From a virus, in IMG/VR virus record IMGVR_UViG_3300030329_003387: 64,000 nt of DNA. One strand, given 5' to 3'. The position numbers and the translations under genes were made by a program. The notes under the pieces are model-generated. The model was not told the origin of the DNA and ran no database searches. It was given only the letters and a program-made list of their open reading frames with translations. Position 1 is the first letter of the stretch. Each line of letters opens with the position of its first letter. Shown here piece after piece: positions 31,501 through 39,970 of this stretch.

Positions 31501-34500
31501 ACGCGATCAATTTGTTTACTTCTTTCAGTTGCACCCGCTTGAATAGCCGCAACATCAGGGATTGACCCCCAACTGCTTGGGTTTGCCGGATTAAACTCAA
31601 AGCCCCTAAAAGAATTCGCTCCGAAACCTGTATCTATCAAATGTTTTTTAACACCACCTGCTATTTGTTTTAATCTACTTGTATATCCAGTTCCTGTGGT
31701 TTGTTCCCATATGTTTGTTCCTCCGCTCACAAAACCCCTGTACCAAGAATCTGGATGCATTTCTTTAACAACGTCGTCTATGACGTTTAAATTATTCCCA
31801 GACTTTAATGCTTCTTGAATTGCACCGACTTTTTTAGAAAGGTATGATCTAGCGGAAGTACCATAAAGTTCTGCAACGGCTTCTTGTTGGAGTTTATGGG
31901 CATCTTTAAAAGCTTGTAAGGGGCCTTTAACTTTTTCGCTGAAGGCAAGAGCTGTGTTAAGACTTCCAGCTACATCAAGATTTTTCCATGTACCAGAGGG
32001 GTAAGCAGCACTTAATAGAGTGCTTTTGTTCTTTTCGCTACTAAACCAGTCCTGTATTCGACTACGACTATAAACTTGACCAGTGTACGCAGGGAACAGC
32101 TCTATATATTGACCGCCTTGACCTCTAACGCCGGAGTTTTGCCCCACAAAACGTTCATGTTTAACAGCCTGCATCCATGCAGGACGAATCTCATAAGTAT
32201 TGTCTACGTTTTTTATAAACCTCCTCATTCGGTCAACTTTTACGTGTTCAGGACCGAAGTATTTTTCGTCTATCTCCTGCTTAAGTCTTACATAATCCCC
32301 ACCTGCGGAATTTAGTCTACCGCGATCACTAAAATCGACTTCACTACCTTCTGCTAAGAAATTTTGAGGGGTTGCAACTCCCATACCGTTAGCTTGTATT
32401 ATCTTTCTGTATGTTTCTCCATATTTTCTTGCATCAAAACCAGCAATTTGCTTGGTAAATGCATTCGCAGTTGGTCTCTGGAGATTTTGAGCCAAGTCAG
32501 GGATTGCTCGAAGGAATATAGGATTAGGCGCCCATCTTTCCAATCCAGCGCCAGTTAATCTGTAAGCCTGTTTGCCTATCTGATAAGAAGTGCCGCTATT
32601 CCAAGCGGAATTAAAACCCGGAGGAAAAGCAGTAAAATCTACGTCTTCTGAAAGGTACGAACCTTCGTATGATTTTTTGTCTTGGATGCCTGTGGTTATT
32701 TGGTTTCCGAGCTGATCTTTAGTACCCATAATAGCATTCCGAACAGACTCCTTTAACGCTCCAAAAGCGCCTTGCATAAATGGAGTATGATACTTGAGTA
32801 ACTGATCTTGTTTAATTGCAGCGGCAGGACCAACCCCATTAAACATTACGACTCCACCACCAGCCAAGTAGTTAGTTTTACCACTATTAATAGATTGGAG
32901 TGCGGCCATGTTTCTTTTTGCAGCTTTTTTATTAACTACAAATTCGCCGGGAGTTAACATGGCTGGAACAGTGTCTGTTCCTTTAGGCGCAAATACACTA
33001 CCACCAGTAGCAAATACAGGTACGTTGCCACCTGCGCCTCCAGCAGGTCCAGCGCCTCCAGCAGCAGCAGCACCAATTGCCGCCATATTAGCTGCTATAG
33101 AATTATTGGTCTTATTTATCGTTACTCCTAATCTAACTATATCGTCGCTTAGACTTTGCCAAGTTTCACCTTGAGGTATGTTAGCTAGTGACTGACTAAG
33201 AGCATCAAAGTTATTTACTAGCGTATCTGCAAATTGACCTATACCAGCAGAGTTAAGAGTACTCATGGCTTGATTAATAACGTCACCCTGAATATTCATC
33301 TGTTCCTGAGCAAACTGCGTGAGGGTTCTTTGTAAGAATGCTTGTACCTCACTAGCTGTCATAGGAGCTTGACCTTGTCCCTGACGACTCGCTATCTCAC
33401 CCGACAAAGCACTACGAAGTGAAGCGGCAATCTTATTTCCAACATCTACTCCAAAATTTCGTCTGAGATCTTTAGCTATATTGTTTATAGCGTTCTGATT
33501 TGCCGCTCCAGCTCCTCTACCCTCTACTGTGTCTGCGAACTGGTTGGGAGCAATTTGGTATTGTGCAGCCGCTGCAAATCTTTGACGAGTCTGTCTCGCT
33601 TCCCTTAACCCTCTAATGCTTTCTATATTGACTCTAATCGCATTAAGAACTCTAGGATCTTCTACAGGAAGTCCCATGCTTCTAATTTTTTGCAGCTCTT
33701 TAAATCCATTTTCAGCTGCTACTCTATTACCTTTAGCTTCAGACAGTTCTCTTTCTAAAGTTCTCTGTTCTTGTCTTAAAAAGATATTCTTTAGTTCGGT
33801 TGTGAGTTGCTTATGCAAACCAGCTATTGTTTTAGCAAGATCTTTTCTATCTTCTTTCATACCGACAAGTAAAGCCATCTGAGCTTGTTCAGCTTGCTTT
33901 TGTATCTTTATCTGCTCTTGAATTAAACGCTCTTGTTCTGAAGTAGCCCCCCTAATTGCCTTTTTCATTTCGTCGGGAAGAGGGCCAAACACACGTTCCA
34001 ATTCAGCAATGGTAAGTTCTGCCTTAGCTTGCTTTCCGGTCATTCCATTGAACATGGCAATTTCAGAGAACTGATCGAGAATGCTAAGAACTTGTGGTCG
34101 CATTTGATCCGGTATACGACCTAAACCGCCCTGCATAGCCATAGCGGTTGCTCGCATGGCTTTCATTATATCTACACGAGCTTCATTAGTGGCAAAAGCA
34201 AATTTTTCACCGGCACTAACTAATTGAGATCTTTTTAATTCTTCTTCGGCCAATCTCTCTGAGATAACAGCTAGTCTTTGTTGAACATTTGAATAGTTCT
34301 CAAGAACCATTTTTGTTTTTGCAAACTGTTCTTTTAATCTAGCATTTTCATCTAATAGCTTTTTCTGACTCTCAGTTAGCTGACCAGTAACTGCTGCTGG
34401 ATCAAGACCAAAACTTTCTAACTCAGCATTGCTCTTTCTAATTTTTTCTTTTAGTCTTATAAACTCTGTACTGACAACACCAATATTAGTACCAAATCCG

Positions 34501-37500
34501 GCAACAGCAGTTCCCGCTAACAAGAAGTTTTGTTGGGTAGCAAATGACTGTCCAGCAGCCTGTTCGTTAGCAGGTTGTTTTCTTAGTTTTCTAATTCTTT
34601 CAGCATTTTCATACTGTAGCTGAAGTATGTTTTGTTGTTGTTGAACAATCTTTAATTCAAGCTTTGTCCTAAGATCATAAGCTTTTGCAAGTCTAGCATT
34701 AGCTTTGTCAATAAACTCAGCAGCCCTTTGGAATGCTTGTTGAGTTTCAGACATACCTTTTGTAAGGTCTCTTACTACACCCTGTATGTCTTCTCTAATT
34801 CTACCGGCAAACTTACCTTCTCCGCCCTCTCCCATTTCAGCAGCTGCCTGAACGCGACGAACAATCATCTTTCTAAACTCATCGCCTATAATCCCTCCGG
34901 GATCAGCAGCCATCAATTTTGCTTCTATAATTTCAGAAGCTCTTGCTCCACCAATACCTATTTCACCGGCAGCTTCTGTTAGTATGTTAGGAAGAAGGGA
35001 ATTAAGGGCGGCAAACTGCTTTAAGTCCTTACCGAGCGCCACGCCTGAACTTCCTAAAGTAGCGGATATGTTATCTACATGTCGGTTAAAGGCGGAAAAA
35101 TCAAGTATGTTTGATATGTCATCAAAGTTTGGAGCTATTTTGCCTAGTGCGGCTTGGCCAAATGTGTTATTTATAGATTGTTCGGCATTTGTTAGGGCGT
35201 TATCAAAAGCAGTCAATCTATGTTCTATCGCAGCAAAAGCACTAACTGCATCTCTGGCTCCGTACAGAACTTTATTTAATTGTCTTATTGATTTTATTTG
35301 AGCTTCTTGAGCGGCTTTTGATCTTTTTCTTACTTCAACCCCATCTTGTATTTCTTTTTTCATCCTCTCTAAGCTAACGCCACTTAGTTCAGAGAAACTG
35401 TTTAACGTATCAGTTCCAACAATTTGTTCTAGTTCTGCAAAGCTATCTACGTTAGCTGCCATTCTATTTATAAAATCGGCAAATCCCGGAATTGATTTTT
35501 GAACCAGTCCATTAAACGATTCAAGTTCTTCAACTGTAGTAATTTCAGCAAACGATCTGTCAAGACGATCTATTCCGTCAGACACACTAGCAGCAATCGC
35601 TCGACCACTAGCTTTACCTTCAGTAAATAACTTTAACTTTCTTTCTACATCAGATAAAGCGTCTCCAAGCCGTAACGATCTTACTTTTGCATTAAAATTT
35701 ATCAAAGCTTCAGAAGCCGCACCCTCAGCATCTGCAAGCGCTCCTCCACTTACGCCACCTACTACGCCACCGATTATTCCCCCCGCTATAAGACCCGGAA
35801 TTCCGAAAACCTTTGCGCCTATAGCGCCGCCAGTAGCTGCGCCGCTCAATGCTCCCCATCCCGCACCTGTAGATTCAGCTTCTTGTGCTGCACCCTGCGT
35901 AACTCTAGCTCTAGCTTCTTCTGTAGCCGATTGTGTTTTATAACCTCCTGCCTCAACACTTTTCATGGCAAAATCCTGCATTTTTTTAGCAGCATTTTCC
36001 ATAGCTTTATGATACGCGAAGAAAGTTCCAGCAATAGCAGTAATACCAAGTACCTGACCGCCGCTTATTCCAATCTTACCGGCCATCTCTGTAAGTTTTT
36101 CACCAAACAACATGTGTGCGGCTGTAGCCATCATTAGAGTTTGGGTGAGGGCGTTCAGTCCCTCTTTCATCATATTGATTTCGCCATCAACTTCCTCGAT
36201 GTTTGCAGCAAACATTGGAAGTAGCATTTCTAAACCAAACATTAGACCTAAAGCTCTAGCAGAAGGGTCGGCTTTTCCACCTTCATTGAATTTTTGTACG
36301 CGAACTCCGCCTACAGCACCACCTTTAGCAAAGCCTCTAGGAGTTTCCCCAAATCTGTTAGCGCGATTTAGATTTCCGTAACCAATTCTTTGAGCGGACT
36401 TTCTGTTGATTACAAATTCGCCGGGAGTCAAGAGGGCAGGAACGGTATCACTACTTCTAGGCAATCCCCCTCCAGCATTTCGTCTTTTGCGAGGACGAGA
36501 AAAAATTGAAGCTTTGCCTATTTGTCTTTGTTGTTTTTTGTCAGCAGTTCCCGTGGGGTCATATTTTGCAGTTGTAAATTCTTTTTTGGATTTAGCTTCC
36601 CAAATATCTACTGAACCTAAATCTATAGTATCTCTTTTGCTAGTAAGCGCACCCTCTGGACCTACATCTTTAAGCTTTTTGGTTTTATCAGTGAGGTGTT
36701 GTCTAAGAGCTTTGTTTAGTATAGATTTAGTTCTTTCTCTTCCCCCTTTAAACTTAACTTCTCCATATTTTAAACCCTTTCCCTTGAGGTCCATAGGAGC
36801 ATTTCCGGGAATTAACTTCATTCTAGATTTTTTAGCTGCGACTGCTTCAAACATATCAGCAGAAGCTTTATTGTTTAAGGCTAGAGTTCCAAGAACTTGT
36901 TCTCGTTGAGCGCCTTTATACATCTTCTCAACATCAGCTCTAGAAATCTTATTCCTATTTACGATTCCTTTGACTTTATCACCGCCCTGTAATCCATCAA
37001 ATACACTCTTAGCGCGCTTAAACGGTTCATCAAAGCCCAATGTTTTAATTGAAGGCTTCTTCCTAGCCATTTGTTCGACAGTTCCGCCTGACGCGTACCT
37101 GTTCATCTTTCGTAATCTATCAGTTCCAATAGCTTTAACAGAACTTTTTCTTATTACAAATTCTCCGGGCGTTAGCATTGCCGGAACAGTATCTCTATTA
37201 CCCCTTCCGGGAACCATACCACCACTAGCAAATCTGTTAATTCTACCGCCCTGATTTCTACCTCTACCCATACCTCCAGCGAGGAAAGCAACACCTTTAG
37301 CAGCGGATAGAGCTGTCAACATAGGAATCATAGGGCCAAGAGTTTCTGCAACGGTAGCAAGAGCTTTAGCTAATTCCAAAGCCATCTTAACCATAGCTTG
37401 CATACCGCTAGAACCCATAAAGGTACGGAACAGAGCTTGGAACTCTTCTTTGACCTTAACAACCTGAACCGCAACAGATTGTTGTGCTTTGGCGGCATCT

Positions 37501-38597
37501 CTAGCTAAACTAGTACCGCCAGACTGCGCAACATTGAGAGCTTTTTGCGCAACGCCAAATTGTTGGATAAGAGGTATAACTTTAGAGACTTGCCTAAAAC
37601 CACCAAGCTGCTCAACTATTTGAGAATATCTAACATCTCTTGGGTCGAGATCTTTTAGGGCGATGTTTAATCTACGTACAGCTTCGTAAGGGCCTACAAA
37701 ATTTCCAGCAAGGTCTTGAAGTTCTACACCGACCTGTCTTAGAAATTGTATAGTTTTTGGACGTTGGATTCTGGTAAAGATAGTTCTAAAGCCGGTAGCA
37801 ATCGTTTCTGCCGTTTCACGAGTCGTAGAACGTACAGCAGTAAACATGGCCTCCAGTTCCATCAGTTGTCCACCCGCAGCCTTAAACGCGCCACCAGCAC
37901 GCCTAATAGCTACACCAATGTCTCCAGCCTCAACAGCGAAGTTTGCGGCTAAAGCATTAATTCTTCCAAGCTCACGTTCTAAGTTTGATGCTTCTATATT
38001 AAACTGTCGCATTGCAGCGATAGCAGTTTCTGTAGTAGAAGTAATATCATCAAAAGTAGCAGCGAGTGTGGTTTTAGCAAGTGCATCTAAAGATATTCTA
38101 ACTTCCCTTGCTGTCATACCAGTTTGGGCTAACACCCTACTAGTCTTCACAAGAGAACTAGAAGATACACCTAAAGAAGTAGATAGTGATGTTATTTCAC
38201 GCTCTAACCCCTTTAGTGAGTTCATGGTTTTGCCAGTAACTTGACTGACTTTTACCATTTCTCTTTCAAAAGCAATGGCAGAAGTTACACCATCACGAAT
38301 AGTATTTACAAAGGCATTAATGATCGAACGAGCTAAGTCATACTTCATTAAGTACGATAAAGCTCCTCTAAAGCTAGAACCCATTCTCTGGGCGCTTCTT
38401 CCAGCTGCTTTAGCATTGTTGCTAACGTTTTGTAAATTTTGACTAACTGTTTGAAGTTGGCTAGCCGTGCCTTTGGGCAAATTTACATTTACATTAGCGT
38501 TTACGCCTTTAAGCTGGTTGTTTATATTTCTAACTACATTTCTCATGTTTGGCGCTTGAATCGCCAGAGTTGAAGTTAGTACAAAACCTTTTGCCAT
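25533..38597 (-). CDS. Tape measure protein, 4354 aa, with five DTVPAMLTPGEF cassettes and cargo domains
   Basis: N-terminal TP901-type TMP core (AFEREMVKVSQVTG...LAQTG...ETIATGFRTIFTRI); TM/glycine-zipper segments; long coiled coil; lies after tube and chaperone genes. Confidence 0.9.
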   Translation of the reverse strand: MAKGFVLTSTLAIQAPNMRNVVRNINNQLKGVNANVNVNLPKGTASQLQTVSQNLQNVSNNAKAAGRSAQRMGSSFRGALSYLMKYDLARSIINAFVNTIRDGVTSAIAFEREMVKVSQVTGKTMNSLKGLEREITSLSTSLGVSSSSLVKTSRVLAQTGMTAREVRISLDALAKTTLAATFDDITSTTETAIAAMRQFNIEASNLERELGRINALAANFAVEAGDIGVAIRRAGGAFKAAGGQLMELEAMFTAVRSTTRETAETIATGFRTIFTRIQRPKTIQFLRQVGVELQDLAGNFVGPYEAVRRLNIALKDLDPRDVRYSQIVEQLGGFRQVSKVIPLIQQFGVAQKALNVAQSGGTSLARDAAKAQQSVAVQVVKVKEEFQALFRTFMGSSGMQAMVKMALELAKALATVAETLGPMIPMLTALSAAKGVAFLAGGMGRGRNQGGRINRFASGGMVPGRGNRDTVPAMLTPGEFVIRKSSVKAIGTDRLRKMNRYASGGTVEQMARKKPSIKTLGFDEPFKRAKSVFDGLQGGDKVKGIVNRNKISRADVEKMYKGAQREQVLGTLALNNKASADMFEAVAAKKSRMKLIPGNAPMDLKGKGLKYGEVKFKGGRERTKSILNKALRQHLTDKTKKLKDVGPEGALTSKRDTIDLGSVDIWEAKSKKEFTTAKYDPTGTADKKQQRQIGKASIFSRPRKRRNAGGGLPRSSDTVPALLTPGEFVINRKSAQRIGYGNLNRANRFGETPRGFAKGGAVGGVRVQKFNEGGKADPSARALGLMFGLEMLLPMFAANIEEVDGEINMMKEGLNALTQTLMMATAAHMLFGEKLTEMAGKIGISGGQVLGITAIAGTFFAYHKAMENAAKKMQDFAMKSVEAGGYKTQSATEEARARVTQGAAQEAESTGAGWGALSGAATGGAIGAKVFGIPGLIAGGIIGGVVGGVSGGALADAEGAASEALINFNAKVRSLRLGDALSDVERKLKLFTEGKASGRAIAASVSDGIDRLDRSFAEITTVEELESFNGLVQKSIPGFADFINRMAANVDSFAELEQIVGTDTLNSFSELSGVSLERMKKEIQDGVEVRKRSKAAQEAQIKSIRQLNKVLYGARDAVSAFAAIEHRLTAFDNALTNAEQSINNTFGQAALGKIAPNFDDISNILDFSAFNRHVDNISATLGSSGVALGKDLKQFAALNSLLPNILTEAAGEIGIGGARASEIIEAKLMAADPGGIIGDEFRKMIVRRVQAAAEMGEGGEGKFAGRIREDIQGVVRDLTKGMSETQQAFQRAAEFIDKANARLAKAYDLRTKLELKIVQQQQNILQLQYENAERIRKLRKQPANEQAAGQSFATQQNFLLAGTAVAGFGTNIGVVSTEFIRLKEKIRKSNAELESFGLDPAAVTGQLTESQKKLLDENARLKEQFAKTKMVLENYSNVQQRLAVISERLAEEELKRSQLVSAGEKFAFATNEARVDIMKAMRATAMAMQGGLGRIPDQMRPQVLSILDQFSEIAMFNGMTGKQAKAELTIAELERVFGPLPDEMKKAIRGATSEQERLIQEQIKIQKQAEQAQMALLVGMKEDRKDLAKTIAGLHKQLTTELKNIFLRQEQRTLERELSEAKGNRVAAENGFKELQKIRSMGLPVEDPRVLNAIRVNIESIRGLREARQTRQRFAAAAQYQIAPNQFADTVEGRGAGAANQNAINNIAKDLRRNFGVDVGNKIAASLRSALSGEIASRQGQGQAPMTASEVQAFLQRTLTQFAQEQMNIQGDVINQAMSTLNSAGIGQFADTLVNNFDALSQSLANIPQGETWQSLSDDIVRLGVTINKTNNSIAANMAAIGAAAAGGAGPAGGAGGNVPVFATGGSVFAPKGTDTVPAMLTPGEFVVNKKAAKRNMAALQSINSGKTNYLAGGGVVMFNGVGPAAAIKQDQLLKYHTPFMQGAFGALKESVRNAIMGTKDQLGNQITTGIQDKKSYEGSYLSEDVDFTAFPPGFNSAWNSGTSYQIGKQAYRLTGAGLERWAPNPIFLRAIPDLAQNLQRPTANAFTKQIAGFDARKYGETYRKIIQANGMGVATPQNFLAEGSEVDFSDRGRLNSAGGDYVRLKQEIDEKYFGPEHVKVDRMRRFIKNVDNTYEIRPAWMQAVKHERFVGQNSGVRGQGGQYIELFPAYTGQVYSRSRIQDWFSSEKNKSTLLSAAYPSGTWKNLDVAGSLNTALAFSEKVKGPLQAFKDAHKLQQEAVAELYGTSARSYLSKKVGAIQEALKSGNNLNVIDDVVKEMHPDSWYRGFVSGGTNIWEQTTGTGYTSRLKQIAGGVKKHLIDTGFGANSFRGFEFNPANPSSWGSIPDVAAIQAGATERSKQIDRVREIFVNYHKFIKANNTSAGYGTALDALQTALFGGVAIQGMGAGDVEDAQEAVKDQQEKDALANKELKDDVNENFKFMKSPILTGSRLASHMNKVTNFMMKNRIKSAMPKYAGINRRWLQNYEFDENTAHMVFPFFKGLGHDLQVMIRGGFLNGMDASGLKINQERISEQLGLGWDAVHQSKGKIRDVSVKGVTGAVGPGANPKNQGIAAMQGLLGGGNTTGDPKKAMTFIGQRGLIGRLNGWANLPANEWGYGKVEEGQRKMMDLFFGGGTVARHLGLMQKQVKESFSMAWKGWSAEFKENARPFQVKPVTKADGGTIFAPKGTDTVPAMLTPGEFVVNRKAAQKNMGALQALNSGKTQYLAEGGLVDPKRLVGAYLAEAEEHAESHPDENNRTIKNWPPSRLNPPDKDHSKQWIQTYGRGEAPGDLKSYARDKRMLEFFAEQDLKKAARFIQPMTEAGSLYKLLDSLEASGDLEIGKDKDRFKDAPLVDSQGNVSHQLSEKDQKQVFANLNAIPYLAQFNHGAFLQAARDDGALATQYASYQPGQGFKRSPAGYQMIQDKAPFKSRLRGSFGQRIADLEKNIAEKNEEDLNILLDSFIAHRESYNQGVYRGKASKIENAFTFRSTKEGPGNTQIETFPVLPTDVMEDLYALDVKERARVDKENAKYTAIEQQKLGKAYYKLRTSYKESQVGKSATTEGIAVDPDNPLVRKQVEDFGKMGMFPSSTEDQKFAEAINASYEKLLAAAKAYEIPEKPVTYATLNEHFGGTFDPRDIDKDGIISPYESPPVNLQDKSVLDIIETQAGSWWRQMKSSEIDSNLMNLPTGMGNDKAEFDRQRKILQAAKPWREYFEKVVKVNPQMGTMGTAVAARGKVDTETQKRDYMKENIDRTGNIGGNILLGAWDLTGDALKSGMGMMGEFIDEKIEAHALNAVLDEAERMRKAGHSEDSINAFVARSTHLAKEGASVKDITREGIEQSKSVNVVEGAMMAVPNLIQTGMQAIPAIVSEDDRAGFMASLQGFGDALTSTFTGEEYEDKFVERAMQGGLTEQQAKDRQGILDLAEVAVPGMAGSKVGKVGAKVTKNVVSTTVKKAKSFANDIAEQAQKRATQARHSAEVNKLLGQSSMDILTGKKPGLGELTKPKPAPKGPVKPDAAVDDLLQGMEPGTFDPLNRGKFTPDAPEIPKRPEAITADMRNYVEARGQGPARKTYIDPETGKTYKSDFGAFDPQSSFYTDIIPGKGKTTFETKPGLGFAARTYDDIINDATLTTAQKQAMIKNLPPGQVPKGAKPNAFSAADEVRIQQGKNKLAELEAKKVKRPGGDPEVTIDWLQKAKEEMFNHPGSLNVGSLMDTVEEVAQKALGIADDIMNQAKEAVTVGRWKVPADTVPKKPVTAVKPKPAAATTPKPAAATTPKPAAAAAGKYGAGETFSLAAIDQVDDTIQVVTRRQAQVTKQADDAAKQSVGELTPAEQRAKLDAEIALSKTQDKFLRKSDKTKELEQKRKDFDKDQKEAKEAAEEAAEAAAKNAAEENAIAEDYLNKFKAGQKDFRDQIQTRGAENPEGALARRRNEAQAMEDLNPTVTKQDMLNRPRGKTQEKVSPVGKEVLPNKMLEDIKVAQTMERMDTGVEAKDAVMQPGKKPYTPANAVVGKTQKLTRGPKEPRPTLKQVQEQYAGRPISPGRQAAMNKRLAMEGEQLRGGAALDELKKQDAIPDSGPKAIHDWDNVYGSREALEAAKKEIAMKQSRVKKTLSNRGVPQKFLDEVLEGNEVLTRHYDHLMSQSRTASKNPSGKSRNQLKDELAEFYKKEAKNRGYAKGGFVSLFNTGGPAMGTDTVPAMLTPGEFVVRKAAVDAVGIETLKSINSMGAGHTNNRSKKSRGTNYLAGGGEGEVTGGTNMYRLDSSAFTDAVGSFDSSVKRLEELFKGGIQMSHKIEDMNVIVSVNHNGEPTDDGEMSRGMQRKIRREVSRGINSFIERQFPDMPRMDIEGTA
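25845..26066 (-). repeat. TMP cassette 5 (YAKGG/FNTGG...DTVPAMLTPGEF...YLAGG)
   Basis: Read from the translation; lies about 100 aa from the C-terminus. Confidence 0.9.
27249..27314 (+). repeat. 24-bp tandem repeat, 2.75 copies (encodes PKPAAATT linker in TMP)
   Basis: tgcggctgctggttttggagtggt repeated exactly. Confidence 0.9.
30405..30566 (-). repeat. TMP cassette 4 (KADGG...DTVPAMLTPGEF...YLAEGG)
   Basis: Read from the translation; nearly identical to cassette 3. Confidence 0.9.
32853..33014 (-). repeat. TMP cassette 3 (FATGG...DTVPAMLTPGEF...YLAGG)
   Basis: Read from the translation. Confidence 0.9.
36318..36480 (-). repeat. TMP cassette 2 (NAGGG...DTVPALLTPGEF...FAKGG)
   Basis: Read from the translation. 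Confidence 0.9.
37083..37232 (-). repeat. TMP cassette 1 (FASGG...DTVPAMLTPGEF...YASGG)
   Basis: Read from the translation. Confidence 0.9.
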
Positions 38598-38608
38598 TAT
38601 TACCTCTC

Positions 38609-38656
38609 AAAAAAAATAGACGTACCGATACACAGTTTTAGTGATCGACACGTCTA
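38609..38656 (-). terminator. Long hairpin + U8 directly upstream of the TMP RBS
   Basis: TAGACGTGTCGATCAC-loop-GTGTATCGGTACGTCTA, then T8, then GAGAGGT RBS and ATG. Confidence 0.7.
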
Positions 38657-38667
38657 CTTTCCATATA

Positions 38668-39582
38668 CTATTCGGTACTGTCTTCTACTGTTTCTTTTTT
38701 AGGTCTTCCTCTCTTTTTGGGAGCGGTTTCCTTTTCGGCCACTTCTTCGGCCTCTTCTTCTTCTTCTTCTGGAACTGGTACTGGATCTCCAGAATCGTCT
38801 AAGAATGGAGAAAACTCAACGTCATACTCACCATCTTCAGTAAGCTTTGTTCCGTCGCCATCAACGTAGATAAATTCTCCGTCTTCTTGCCATTCAATAA
38901 GTCTTCCGGTTTCGTCAACATAGTCACCGTTAGCATTGATCAGTTTTCCATCTGAATCAATCCTTCTCAACTCATCGTCAACAAAACCATAATTTTTCAA
39001 AAACTTGTTTTCGGGTAATGTAGTTTCATAGTTAGAATCCAACCCATATAACTTTTCGGCCAGCTGTTTAGCGGCTTCCAGAGCAAAAGGCTCTATTGCG
39101 TTGTCTTCGTAATCTTCAACACTCTTAAAAACAGTTTCATTTTTTGTATTTACTGTGCAAGCATAAACAAGGTAATTAAATCTTGCATTATCAGCTTGAC
39201 CTTCTGCTGTGTTACCATCCATAGCAGTTCTTTCTGCTATCAACGATCTAAACTCAGCCCTAACAACGGCCATTTCTTCAGCAAGTTCCTTAGCTTCCGA
39301 AAGTTTAATACCGCCTTGTTTTAGATTTTTTTCATTATCATTGAGGGTTCTTAAAATTTCGTTGTAACGCGCTTCTTTTTTATCATCCCAAATTTCTTGG
39401 TCTCTAAGTACGTCATCAAGTTTTTGTCTAAGAATAGCTCCTGACTGAAGAGCATCTCTAAAAGCTCTATTGTAAGCCAGTTGTGCTTGCTTGTTAATTT
39501 TTGCATCTGGATCTATAAGGTATAAAACTTTTGGGTCACCATTACGATCTTCAGATTCAATTTTCTTCCTGTTTTTGGCCAT
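38668..39582 (-). CDS. Putative tail assembly chaperone (paralog B) with DxxG repeats, acidic tail and KRGRPKK AT-hook-like end
   Basis: Lies between tube and TMP; N-terminal similarity to 39970..40998. Confidence 0.55.
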   Translation of the reverse strand: MAKNRKKIESEDRNGDPKVLYLIDPDAKINKQAQLAYNRAFRDALQSGAILRQKLDDVLRDQEIWDDKKEARYNEILRTLNDNEKNLKQGGIKLSEAKELAEEMAVVRAEFRSLIAERTAMDGNTAEGQADNARFNYLVYACTVNTKNETVFKSVEDYEDNAIEPFALEAAKQLAEKLYGLDSNYETTLPENKFLKNYGFVDDELRRIDSDGKLINANGDYVDETGRLIEWQEDGEFIYVDGDGTKLTEDGEYDVEFSPFLDDSGDPVPVPEEEEEEAEEVAEKETAPKKRGRPKKETVEDSTE

Positions 39583-39970
39583 CTTCTTCTCCTTGGTTAA
39601 TTTCAGGTTCCGTCGTGACTGGCTTTACAGGTAATGTCATCCTGTATCTAAGCCAGCTTATGTCATAGTTTGTAAATTCAGCTTCCAAATTTCTTATCTG
39701 ATTATTGCCTCGATCTAATATCTCAGCTCTAACCTCGTCAAATTGCTCTTTCATGTGAGTCTGCTCAGGAGTTAATTCTCCATTGCCTTCATGACCCCAC
39801 AAAAAGCCAAAATACTTTTCAATAGTGCTTAAAGCACCAATCATAGTAGTTTGTATTTTCTTTTGAGAAATTTTTAAGAGTCTATCTTTTGATACCTCTT
39901 TATACTTCTCGTCTCTTGTTGATTTGAATTTTTCTGATTTTCTAACCAGTTCATTATAATTTTCATCCAT
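39557..39970 (-). CDS. Hypothetical helical protein in tail-chaperone cluster
   Basis: Overlaps both neighbours; plausible protein composition. Confidence 0.55.
   Translation of the reverse strand: MDENYNELVRKSEKFKSTRDEKYKEVSKDRLLKISQKKIQTTMIGALSTIEKYFGFLWGHEGNGELTPEQTHMKEQFDEVRAEILDRGNNQIRNLEAEFTNYDISWLRYRMTLPVKPVTTEPEINQGEEDGQKQEEN

Noticed and set aside
25533-38597. TMP cassettes as inteins or DGR template/variable repeats
   Set aside because: No C/S...HN intein termini or Hint-sized domain; the differences are not adenine-specific and no reverse transcriptase is in the window.
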